Virus record (IMG/VR): IMGVR_UViG_3300010966_000053
Coordinates: 1 to 26,794 of that record
Reading direction: 5' to 3' (one strand)
DNA length: 26,794 nt
DNA from: a virus
Taxonomy: Duplodnaviria; Caudoviricetes
Shown here one piece after another: positions 19,601 through 26,416 of this stretch. A program made the translations under genes and the position numbers. Positions within the stretch are counted from its first letter, which is position 1. Each line of letters opens with the position of its first letter. The notes beneath the pieces were generated by a model, which was given only the letters and a program-made list of their open reading frames with translations, did no database searches and was not told where the DNA came from.

Positions 19601-21662
19601 CCTTGGATTCCAACAGACTGATTTCATGGAACTCAACGCTCTTGAGCAACAACTCATCAAGAGCAAGGGAAGGGGTCTCCCTGCCAAGAAGGAACAGAGA
19701 CTTGAAGACCTTCGTGAAAAGTTCAGCGAAGAGAATGAGAACGAAGACGGCAGGACGCCGCTTGATAGCATTACTGAAAAGGAAAGAAAGATGGCTGTCT
19801 TCTACGGAGAGCGTCCCAACCTATACGGACAAACTCCGATGAGAGATACTCAATCTCCTATCTCCCTGTTCAGAGCAGATAGATTTACAGGCGAAGCGGT
19901 TGCCCATGTCAATGACGCAGGACAGCCTCACAAGGTCAGATGGAATCAGTTTACGCAGGGATGGGGTAATGCAAACTACGCCTCCCAGAATTGGGTTCCG
20001 ATGGCAGCGAAGCAACTGGCTGATACTGGAACTGGTTTCAATACTGGCCATAGAACAATCGTTGAAGGCATGACCCATAAGTCCGGCTATTCCCTGTTCA
20101 AGATGGAAGACCCTCAACCAGCCGACCCGAACAAGAAGCCCAACTCCGAATACTTCCTCCTCGACCCTAACAGAAAACTCGTAGGCAGAGGATATAGAAA
20201 CAAGGATACTGCTCTTGATGCGGCTGAAGAACACGCACAAGGTGCCACCCTTCCCCCAGAAAATGCTAACTCCATAGAGATAGCGTTAAAGGGCGCTGGA
20301 TGGAACCCGAAGGGTATCAACTTTGCTGGAAGAATCAGAAGCACATTTGTGTCTGCTGACGGAAACTGGAGGGCTGAAAGACAATATACTGGCGGTGCCA
20401 AGGGGTATGACCTTATTGATGTTAAGTCCGGCATTGTCGTGGCTGAAGGCATCAAACTCGGTCTTAAGTCTGACAGAAAGACCCCGATGATTGAAGACCT
20501 AAATGCGGCTGTTGAGGCTGCAATTGAAGGAGGAACAGTCAAGTTGAAGATGAGCGAAGCATTCCAGGCCAAGATTGGTGAAACAAGAGGTTTGTCTGAC
20601 TGGACAATCATCCATCAAGACGGCAAGAAAAACAAGGTGTTCTTTGCCAGCGAGAATCCTGTGTATTATGACGTGAGAAAAAGATTTGCCGAAGTCCTTG
20701 GATGGAAGAAGGTCAATGAAATCACAAGAGAGATGCGTAAGGCTCTTGGCGACGATGTTGTGGCAAGGGACTCCGAGGCAGTCATCAAATGGGTTGAGGA
20801 CTGGACACACAACTGGCATTCCGACCAACTCAGACAGATGGCTGAAAGAGCCTCTGCCGATGCTAGACTCGAACTTGATGATATCAACAAGACTGAAAGA
20901 GAACTCCTTGCGTTAAGACACGGAGAGCAACTCACTTGGAGCAAGCCTGTCGAGCCTCAGAAGCCTAAGGCTGGTGCCACAAACAAGGATATCGAAAAGT
21001 TCAACAAGGCTATGGCCAAGTTTAATGAAGAATCCATTGCTTGGACTAACCATCAAAAGGCAGTAGATGAAATGCCACTCAGCGAAGGAGAAGTAAACTA
21101 CCTGCTTAATTACACAAAGAAACTCAAGACCAGAGGAGACGAGTTCCTTAGAGTTGCAACGCTTGGTGGAGCATTGTCGAACAAGGGCTTTGCTGCTGCC
21201 AGAGCAGAAGGTCCGATTGATGCTTTGACACTCGCTAGAAATGCAATGGCTGATGCCAGAGTCGCTGGCGAGTCTATCTGGTATGTCGAGAACTCTGGAT
21301 ATATCATCCAGCAACTGATGTATAAGGCTGAAAGGCCTACATTCGGAATGGAGATATCTCATAACAAACTGCTTGTCCTTGGAGACAAGAAGGCGGATGT
21401 CAAACAGGCCAACTATATCCTGTATTCTCCGGGTGGCCAAATCCTGCTCCGTGCAAAGAGCAGAGAAGAGGCGGTAGAGGAAGCATACAAGCAGAGGGAA
21501 CCTCAATGGCTTAAGAACTTCATTACCAACAACGAAGGACTTAACCTTGGTTTCACCAATGAAGAAGCCATGAGACTGAGAAAGCACGGCATCCCCAAGA
21601 GCAATAACCCTGTTCCGAGCAGGGCTCCCGCTAACCGCTATGACAGGCCTGCACAACGATGA
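13623..21662 (+). CDS. Giant internal virion protein (about 2680 aa), polyvalent ejection-protein type
   Basis: Uninterrupted 8-kb ORF; ATG at 13623 is preferred over TTG 13599. Last and largest gene of the ejection cluster; Gly/Ala-rich hydrophobic stretches and a degenerate zincin-like EEIAH motif. Confidence 0.75.
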   Translation: MAEPLKTTPTKLPVEAKNPIAPSKVDTAPVDLTVKAAIDNANATKERPPFIPIQEGQDTFIEPAFTILGTEANSQAFANIVDKSNPQGVIIHNKVKYALRDKESVDKRHAKWKADRELQVAGAPRAGGLTDRLTGGTGVTSANQETKEPVLHPFSSYLTSFGKTDVEVVSGLARAQLRAQSYADKYEKAGVAKLIESDDSLLSAPDALFDAMKNIPGMFANKTEEEFFKAGAGSKYAGKYETSPFHLLQRKHMGKYKGTMHPSQLKINIDENGFRLNPKNPEHQKMFREYNTWVENHPDLKPLVDRAQENFSTVGKMLVDSVIRTVYTSVSSIGDPEIDWHPDFKDEDAKKALTDKLLILASARSNGEVLDGFTEDTALHMVEKKFGETGAIDMDLFDEDAKKKMPDILIEVAKQVKELDSKGAFKKDIRGLSSALTVMSSMITGGIGLGMMAINSDPNSYSMRVINGFHTGRVWAGADFSPADPDSSLNIQQIYEQMQMQGMNTGADYATWHHHLSKEGIFGSAVMDTRYHENGSHWLTPFEGAALLAGGFRAGKALTLRGARGAGVSKNFLERIGLQESLDVTLERLNTLSRQGVPFAEGMVDLEIKAMIDDIKAQGAAAGEKIDDYEAIKRAYEGRGRVPHKRDPLRMVKAPEEVLNRLSGIISTKAESVATMRDAILEAAREGRKITYSPKVMETITKARKALQEANPDIDWSVVPDSVVYERIRNNAIPLTKGVETLSQNEIRAMSQEVGRVWRKVDAKDLAGYKRGQALPIQVNWVYDNFFTNIATGALRTGSRFANWVDELEKVYGNPRSGLNAIGKMSSAPGVAASTLQSQGNGLFRFAMANAIIPALRFMGTIGEAAEFLQDFETMNQRALGHDFNSTLLGMRNNYNREIRKLLVRRASVKGGDWKEIRERLIEKGETVALDEPQFIGSSVNADKELIDIDARITYLEAKSLWAKNIHAFGANGALAGATKLFRDGMVSSASNEMLLGITDNFAGFGGGTAYAGFGSTTNAITSGWTAHFGKNAIIRERTNHDFMELRNRLDNMGQDPAGDVQRMKLLKVMVAARDKADIISAEKGEKAAEVFFAKEIATLANLYRTNADVHITNADVRQGLVALMEGLQLQDPDFVDEIKTHYLSVANKMGMKGDAATAYAKQMLSAIVESNAATVRSGTIGKERGLLEAAKQRLIETTGAELATLSAGAEVLAREAGLNTEQLFSAGFHTTVTQAENIDTTSYGIPHKGRQRPTPFGGTDTPMPEIIGGVDTSGMTGPVIDKLKAFRSEFKRIKALELENNIKIKDINQQLTDLADEAGQIGRVKRIAPFRDGQMTINPLDGSSFTSHKNGITVWEKDGRTSVFVDEEKFSISDAREEIAHAIFYTENMKDSRAQLRNIILGEITVDQNGTRQVKSAPLIAETIEGSLALMDKFVDAHASTLSESDSVWFKATWNRGKKNFERNADDTRLMQSVFVEFAGRLYQARMELANPHMTRSDQQGSTGEGSIEMGSIPIRQKQITGEDRETRLKKLTSGNRLISKLILGDLRVEDIVNDGNPINATDVDLDGKHSTAKFGNGDSIRDAARFILAFGAGGKIDEMWRFISEERLSMMGFIKSGNKSPDYTKFWEHGKIRHPVSGELLDIDPALMGWAEQMIAHTRNRGSSQDVDALTDLESVFNEREDSSDGAKRRRLMWALASGRKKFINPETGMFRASLAEMMHSEWQPLGSLIQRIITPRIGEDGDWSGMKVKKTVDGKTVLIGAPNVAQTRRIIEHIKENYGQYSEGNEVVMKNIAIFLEAIADGNRFDPKSRDVKDGGAPGWTQVFIAEYSGVWQGKGVGTTKKTKVGGTMPQQRMLVPLRVIIRDSNLDALGKKKTPNEESGEMPGMPEMYFEMYDPVAGNTARENAWNGNLFDAGGSRYWTENQIRKMFGDSKKNLKAACDMVLENYQNGGSIARKSTERPPQESWEVLLDLADGNPGEAKKMASMVNRILGFQQTDFMELNALEQQLIKSKGRGLPAKKEQRLEDLREKFSEENENEDGRTPLDSITEKERKMAVFYGERPNLYGQTPMRDTQSPISLFRADRFTGEAVAHVNDAGQPHKVRWNQFTQGWGNANYASQNWVPMAAKQLADTGTGFNTGHRTIVEGMTHKSGYSLFKMEDPQPADPNKKPNSEYFLLDPNRKLVGRGYRNKDTALDAAEEHAQGATLPPENANSIEIALKGAGWNPKGINFAGRIRSTFVSADGNWRAERQYTGGAKGYDLIDVKSGIVVAEGIKLGLKSDRKTPMIEDLNAAVEAAIEGGTVKLKMSEAFQAKIGETRGLSDWTIIHQDGKKNKVFFASENPVYYDVRKRFAEVLGWKKVNEITREMRKALGDDVVARDSEAVIKWVEDWTHNWHSDQLRQMAERASADARLELDDINKTERELLALRHGEQLTWSKPVEPQKPKAGATNKDIEKFNKAMAKFNEESIAWTNHQKAVDEMPLSEGEVNYLLNYTKKLKTRGDEFLRVATLGGALSNKGFAAARAEGPIDALTLARNAMADARVAGESIWYVENSGYIIQQLMYKAERPTFGMEISHNKLLVLGDKKADVKQANYILYSPGGQILLRAKSREEAVEEAYKQREPQWLKNFITNNEGLNLGFTNEEAMRLRKHGIPKSNNPVPSRAPANRYDRPAQR

Positions 21663-21973
21663 ATGAGCACGACCAGTCAATGAAGGCGGTTATAGCGGAC
21701 TTTAAGTCTGGCGGCTGGGTTGTCATAATCCTGGGAGCAATTGGTGCTTTTGTCAGTCTAGTAATGAAGAACGAAAAGTATCATGTGTTTGTTTGGGGAA
21801 GAAAGGTGTTTGCAGGAGCCTGTGTTGGCGTTATAACCTACTTTGCTCTCTACTACGTTGACATACTACCAATCTATAAAGGCATATTGTATTCTATTTC
21901 CGGTGCCATTGCTCCTGAGTTGTTTGACTTTATCAGCAATCGTGCTAGAAGTATGTTCTCTAAATCAGAATAA
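21659..21973 (+). CDS. Putative holin
   Basis: 104 aa with about three hydrophobic segments (GWVVIILGAIGAFVSLV; VFAGACVGVITYFALYYV; GILYSISGAIAPELF) and a basic C-terminus; directly upstream of a lysozyme-like gene. Confidence 0.7.
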   Translation: MNEHDQSMKAVIADFKSGGWVVIILGAIGAFVSLVMKNEKYHVFVWGRKVFAGACVGVITYFALYYVDILPIYKGILYSISGAIAPELFDFISNRARSMFSKSE

Positions 21974-21974
21974 C

Positions 21975-22604
21975 ATGGGATTCCTAGATAGCATTTTCGG
22001 TGAAGATAAGCCTGTTCCTACGGCTACTCCTAACGTAAAGACTCCAATTAACAAGTCCCAGAGCGTAGAGACATTGACTCCCAACATCATAGTTCCTACT
22101 GCGACTCCGGTTCAGCCTCCTGTTGTTGATAAATATTATCATATTCCAGACAATGAGTGGAATATCCTTTTGCGTAATGAGACTGGCCCCAATAAGACCA
22201 AGGCACAAAGAGAAGCAGCATTAGGCGACCCTAGCACCAAGAATAAGGGTGTAATGCTTGCTGTTGGTCCGGCACAACTACACCCAGAGTTTGTCGAACA
22301 AGTCAATAAACTCATTGATGTAAGAGCAAGAAGAGGCGAAAAGGTTCCTCCTCACTTTACGCTTCAAGACAGAAACTCTACAGAAAAGTCAAGACAGATG
22401 GTTGACATACATCAGTATTGGATTGGTAAGGAGTTTGAGCAGAAATACGGAAGACAACCTAATAGCGTCGAGAGAGCACAACTGCACCAAGCGGGTTCTA
22501 TGAAGAGTTTCAATAACGATTCAAATAAGAAGTATAGGGAATCTTACCTTGCGGCCAAAAGTGCCCACGAAGAAGAAGAGAAGCAGAATTCCAAGAAGAA
22601 ATGA
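21975..22604 (+). CDS. Lysozyme-like / lytic transglycosylase endolysin
   Basis: Start at ATG 21975 (MGFLDSIFG), 1 nt after the holin stop. Candidate catalytic Glu in LRNETG, then AVGPAQLHPEFVEQVN, FTLQDR...KSRQM and ERAQLHQAG, matching the SLT / i-type lysozyme-like pattern. Confidence 0.7.
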   Translation: MGFLDSIFGEDKPVPTATPNVKTPINKSQSVETLTPNIIVPTATPVQPPVVDKYYHIPDNEWNILLRNETGPNKTKAQREAALGDPSTKNKGVMLAVGPAQLHPEFVEQVNKLIDVRARRGEKVPPHFTLQDRNSTEKSRQMVDIHQYWIGKEFEQKYGRQPNSVERAQLHQAGSMKSFNNDSNKKYRESYLAAKSAHEEEEKQNSKKK

Positions 22605-23335
22605 TTAAGTCAATGTGCATCGCTGGTTTCTTGATGATTCTCTCCGGGTGCACTCCTGGCCAAGTGCCTACTGTCGTGATAAAAGACAACAAGGAGAAGG
22701 ATGTCTATATAGACAAACTTGAGTCTATTGTTTCTGACGCTGGGGCTGGCATTACAGCCGTCTTGGAGGTTACCCCTAGCCCTTCTATCGTTTACTCGGT
22801 ATTAGAGGCTGAGACGGCCAGATTAGGGGGTATAAAGCCCCCCACAGTTGCTAAACTGGCTGAAAAAAGACTTATCATTAAGAACAACGATGTTAAGGCA
22901 GTTGCGAAAGATAAGATTGAAGCCGACAAAGTTGACAAGGAAACCACTATCCTCTACAGCCGAGTTGAGGCGCTTGACAGAGAACTTGCCGAAGCAAATC
23001 TTGCCAAAGAACTTGCCATCGAAGCGGAGAACAGGGCGGTCAAAAGCGAGCATCTGCATATGATAACAAGCGTAGGCATTGCGATGTTTGCGATAGGAGT
23101 TTTCATAGTAGCGTTCACAACTAAGAAGATTGGCGGAGGAATCGTAGCAGTATGTGGGGCCTTGGCTACGTCCGTCTCGTGGATTTTTGACAGTCATTGG
23201 TTTAGTTGGATTGCCGGATTTGGTGTTGGTTTTATTGTCTTAGATATCGTTGTTGTCATAGGCAAGAAGAGCCTAGACTACATAAGGGCAAAAAGAACTG
23301 GACAAGGTAAGGATGATGAGCAACCTAGTAACTGA
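22601..23335 (+). CDS. Lipoprotein with coiled coil and three C-terminal TM helices; candidate unimolecular spanin
   Basis: Signal peptide with lipobox LSG-C17, helical charged middle region, three hydrophobic segments near the C-terminus; last gene of the lysis cassette. Confidence 0.6.
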   Translation: MIKSMCIAGFLMILSGCTPGQVPTVVIKDNKEKDVYIDKLESIVSDAGAGITAVLEVTPSPSIVYSVLEAETARLGGIKPPTVAKLAEKRLIIKNNDVKAVAKDKIEADKVDKETTILYSRVEALDRELAEANLAKELAIEAENRAVKSEHLHMITSVGIAMFAIGVFIVAFTTKKIGGGIVAVCGALATSVSWIFDSHWFSWIAGFGVGFIVLDIVVVIGKKSLDYIRAKRTGQGKDDEQPSN

Positions 23336-23369
23336 AGATAGTTCAGCCGTGCAGAGGATTGTTGCTCAT
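23316..23369. other. Inverted repeat / stem-loop at the convergence of the two transcription units
   Basis: ATGAGCAAC (23316-23324) pairs with GTTGCTCAT (23361-23369) and encloses CTGAA-gatag-TTCAG (23332-23346). No clear U-tract. Confidence 0.35.
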
Positions 23370-23415
23370 GTTTCGTTGTTATCCGTTGGGTGCTGACCTT
23401 TCCGAAGTCTCCCCT

Positions 23416-23730
23416 TTAATCCGTTACTCCTGCACGAACGGACAGGGAGCGTTTTATCAGTTCGAGTCGGACTAGTTCTTTCTCGGTCTTACTGGTGTTG
23501 GCGTTCTTCGGAAGTTGGAGAGCCTCCCAGTAAGACTTTAACTGGGTATCGTTAAGGCGGGATAGTTGTCCGTCTATCTTCTTGGTCAACTCCGAGCGAA
23601 GCGACGGAAGGTTATGTCGTGTCTTCATCTTGGCTAACGAACGACAACTAACGCCATACTTGTTTCCGGCATCACGTGCCGTAAGATTCTCGATGATGGC
23701 TAGACGATAGACTTCGATGAGCGAGGCCAT
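23416..23730 (-). CDS. HTH-like DNA-binding protein
   Basis: LTARDAGNKYGVSCRSLAKM helix-turn-helix pattern; start overlaps the upstream stop (TAATG). Confidence 0.55.
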   Translation of the reverse strand: MASLIEVYRLAIIENLTARDAGNKYGVSCRSLAKMKTRHNLPSLRSELTKKIDGQLSRLNDTQLKSYWEALQLPKNANTSKTEKELVRLELIKRSLSVRAGVTD

Positions 23731-23978
23731 TAGTTCTTGATTTTCTTGTAGTAAGGGATGCTGATGATGGAACCGCTTTCAGACTTAACACGGAACAACT
23801 TACGCTCCAACTTGCCCTCCTTGGCTAGTGCTCGCAGTTTCTTACGAACAATCCACAGGGAACGATTCATCTCCTTGGCACATTCCTGCGTAGAGAAGAA
23901 ACCCTTCGGGATTTCGTCTATGCTCTTTTGCTGAAGTTCCCAGATGAGAAGTTTAAGAAGTGCGTTTGGTGTTTTCAT
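23730..23978 (-). CDS. Winged-HTH-like protein
   Basis: Likely start ATG 23978 (MKTPNALL) after an A/C-rich leader. FSTQECAKEMNRSLWIVRKKLRALAKEGKLER followed by a beta hairpin. Confidence 0.65.
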   Translation of the reverse strand: MKTPNALLKLLIWELQQKSIDEIPKGFFSTQECAKEMNRSLWIVRKKLRALAKEGKLERKLFRVKSESGSIISIPYYKKIKN

Positions 23979-24378
23979 TTTGTTTGTTGTGTCTTGAATG
24001 CCAGTTACGGCAAGTTGTTTTTCGGTCAATCCCCTCTCTGACGCACCAGTTATATACTACCGATGTGGATGAGTTAACCTTTTTGGCGATGTCCTTATAT
24101 AGCATACCCTTCTTGGTCATTGGAAGGATAATCTCATGCCATTTGGATTTATCGACATTCGACCAAGGTTTCTTATGGAGAAGTTTTATGCCAAGTATCT
24201 TAATCCATCGCTTTAAGGTATCTTCTGATATGTTCATGGCGATAGCCATATCTACCATATTAAGTCGCTCCTTCTCGTTAAGACGAATCAGTTCCTTCTC
24301 TGCGGCAACAAGACGCATGAGAAGTCCTTGAGTAATGGTATGATTATTAAACTTAACTGTCGGGTGATTATTCCCCAT
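23953..24378 (-). CDS. Protein with two HTH-like motifs
   Basis: Likely start ATG 24378 (MGNNHPTV). LNMVDMAIAMNISEDTLKRWI and GMLYKDIAKKVNSSTSVVYNW both fit the HTH pattern. Confidence 0.65.
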   Translation of the reverse strand: MGNNHPTVKFNNHTITQGLLMRLVAAEKELIRLNEKERLNMVDMAIAMNISEDTLKRWIKILGIKLLHKKPWSNVDKSKWHEIILPMTKKGMLYKDIAKKVNSSTSVVYNWCVREGIDRKTTCRNWHSRHNKQNENTKRTS

Positions 24379-25138
24379 TTTTGTGAGTCCAAGTGCGAAC
24401 ATCCTTGGTCCAAATCCAGCCATTGTTGAAGCGATGTGCCTGCCAGACCTTCCATTCTTTGCCTTCAATTACGCCATAAGTCCAACCAAGACCCCACATA
24501 GATGTGGCCAGTCGGTTCTTTGCGTAGTCCATTTCGCCCTTTTTGCACATACATCCGCCGGAGAATCCAACAACTCCGCCATGACGCTTTGCATTAGACT
24601 GCTGGATGCTGTGGATATGACCCATGATTACGGCACCTCCAACCTCTCCGTAGTGGACTGCGTGTTCTTGGACTGCTCGGGTTCCGCAGGTGTAGCCATG
24701 CACGGCAGTAATAGGCCCAAGTCGATACACGCCCTTGTCGGCATGGTAGGGAAGGATAGTCTTACACTTGTTCTGACGGAGGGTTGACTTAATCTTATTA
24801 TCAAGTTCGAACGCATAGTCTCGAATGACACCGCTGCTGCTTCCAACCATCATCTGGTGAAGGCGGTCCTCATGGTTTCCATACAGGAATGCGGTAGGCT
24901 TCATTGCCTCGATGAATTCAAAACCACACTCGACGTCATCTATCAATGACTCATGTGATTCGTTATCCGAGTTAGAGACTCCTCGTCGGATAGAACGGAA
25001 GTCGAAGCAATCTCCAAGATGAATGCGATGCTGGGGCTTGAAGTCCTTGATGAACTCTTTAAGGCCTCCGAATGCAACAGGGTCGCACATATCACCGTGG
25101 TTATCTCCTACACAAAGAAATGTCTGGTATTTTTTCAT
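24368..25138 (-). CDS. Calcineurin-like metallophosphoesterase
   Basis: All five family motifs are present: GDNH, LGDCFD, GNHE, VHG, GHIH. Likely start ATG 25138 (MKKYQTF), overlapping the upstream stop. Confidence 0.9.
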   Translation of the reverse strand: MKKYQTFLCVGDNHGDMCDPVAFGGLKEFIKDFKPQHRIHLGDCFDFRSIRRGVSNSDNESHESLIDDVECGFEFIEAMKPTAFLYGNHEDRLHQMMVGSSSGVIRDYAFELDNKIKSTLRQNKCKTILPYHADKGVYRLGPITAVHGYTCGTRAVQEHAVHYGEVGGAVIMGHIHSIQQSNAKRHGGVVGFSGGCMCKKGEMDYAKNRLATSMWGLGWTYGVIEGKEWKVWQAHRFNNGWIWTKDVRTWTHKNGE

Positions 25139-25755
25139 AGTAAAATCTGTTTGCCCCATTGTTCAGCCATAGCGTCTGCTATGCCTTGAAATGTTCGAGA
25201 ACGCATTTTAGCACGTTCGTCTTTGTTAAAACGGAAGGATTGGTAATGCCACATTGGGTCTTTTGTGCCGTCTTTATATACATAGTATTCTGGTTTTACT
25301 ATGTTAGTTGGGACAAGTAAAGGTAAATTCTTTAGCCAAAGTCCGGTTCTTTTAGCATGAGGTTCACCGAATTGGTATGGCTGTATGTATTGATTCGGGG
25401 GTCTGAACTGTGTGGTAAGGACACCCGCTGGGTTCTCCATACACACCTTATCAATGTTAGAGTTAAAAAGGTTAACGGCAAACGCGATGGCATCCTGGCG
25501 TTGCTGCGGTCTGTCTGGATATCTGTCCTTATACTCTGGTTTGAACCAGCGATTTCCGCTGATAGTAAGATATGTGCAAGGGGGATGGCATATCATCAAG
25601 TCCCACCCTCTGTCAATGATATCAAAGACGCTTCCAACGTAATGCTCTCCGGGCTTTTCAGTCGGAAGAAGGTCGCAAGACATTGCATAATGCCCCTGTT
25701 TCGTGAACGCATCACGAACTGTTCCAGAGAACTCGCAAGCGACCAACACTCTCAT
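25135..25755 (-). CDS. Minimal DNA cytosine-C5 methyltransferase-like protein
   Basis: VLVACEFSG (divergent motif I), SCD, DLMICHPPC (catalytic PC), ENP (motif VI), QFG...KRTGLW (motif VIII-like), C-terminal RSRTFQGIADAMAEQWG. Confidence 0.75.
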   Translation of the reverse strand: MRVLVACEFSGTVRDAFTKQGHYAMSCDLLPTEKPGEHYVGSVFDIIDRGWDLMICHPPCTYLTISGNRWFKPEYKDRYPDRPQQRQDAIAFAVNLFNSNIDKVCMENPAGVLTTQFRPPNQYIQPYQFGEPHAKRTGLWLKNLPLLVPTNIVKPEYYVYKDGTKDPMWHYQSFRFNKDERAKMRSRTFQGIADAMAEQWGKQILL

Positions 25756-26009
25756 GGAGTTTGATTCTTGTTGAACCAGTCAATCCATTGCTTCTTGGCC
25801 ATCTTATACTGGACTCGATACAGTTCGCTGTTGGTCACGGAGTCATGAACATCCTTGATAGGTTCCGGCAGTATGAATGCGAATGCCATACAGAAACCCT
25901 TAAGGTTCTTTCTGTCGTCAGACAGTTTATCGTTCTCATTTCTGAGTTCGATGATGGTCTGCTCAAGCAACTGAAGGTGAGTCCAATGCTGTTCGTCCTT
26001 CTTTTTCAT
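25752..26009 (-). CDS. Hypothetical protein with short coiled coil
   Basis: 85 aa, ATGA-type overlaps with both neighbours. Confidence 0.6.
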   Translation of the reverse strand: MKKKDEQHWTHLQLLEQTIIELRNENDKLSDDRKNLKGFCMAFAFILPEPIKDVHDSVTNSELYRVQYKMAKKQWIDWFNKNQTP

Positions 26010-26215
26010 CGTGCTTTTCGGAGTTGCTCTACTTCAATTTCAAGAAGTGCATTATCAGCAAACAACTTCTTATACATATCCGCTATCTGACGCTTCTCCG
26101 TTTGACATACAGATAGTGTCATCTGCAGGTCAAGCAGTTCTTCAAGTTTCTCGACCGGCATTGACAGCAATAGTGCTGCCGCACGAATCGAGTTATTCTG
26201 TTGCTTCTTCGTCAT
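26006..26215 (-). CDS. Hypothetical protein
   Basis: 69 aa helical ORF overlapping both neighbours in the - strand gene run. Confidence 0.6.
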   Translation of the reverse strand: MTKKQQNNSIRAAALLLSMPVEKLEELLDLQMTLSVCQTEKRQIADMYKKLFADNALLEIEVEQLRKAR

Positions 26216-26399
26216 TGTCGTTGAAATCTTTTGCGTGCTTGGTTAGGTCAGGATGGATACGTTGACCGCATTTAGGACAATACTCACAGGTATATCCGAT
26301 GAAATCTTTAATATCACCATCAGCGTATTGGACTGACATATATGGGCCGAATATACGAGGATTGAATTTTTCAATGTGCTTGCAGTTTCGTTTGGTCAT
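26193..26399 (-). CDS. Small Cys-rich, zinc-ribbon-like protein
   Basis: CKH near the N-terminus and CEYCPKCG; A/C-rich leader AACAAACAAA directly before the ATG. Confidence 0.6.
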   Translation of the reverse strand: MTKRNCKHIEKFNPRIFGPYMSVQYADGDIKDFIGYTCEYCPKCGQRIHPDLTKHAKDFNDNDEEATE

Positions 26400-26416
26400 T
26401 TTGTTTGTTTTGAAAC

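Noticed and set aside
21843-21974. ORF-track N-terminal extension of the lysozyme-like gene (also extensions at 24029, 24468 and 25159)
   Set aside because: These overlap neighbouring genes more deeply; downstream ATGs next to the preceding stop match the genome's coupling pattern.
23332-23375. Hammerhead ribozyme (CTGAAGA on +, CGAAAC on -)
   Set aside because: The two core motifs are on opposite strands and stem III lacks a proper NUH cleavage triplet.
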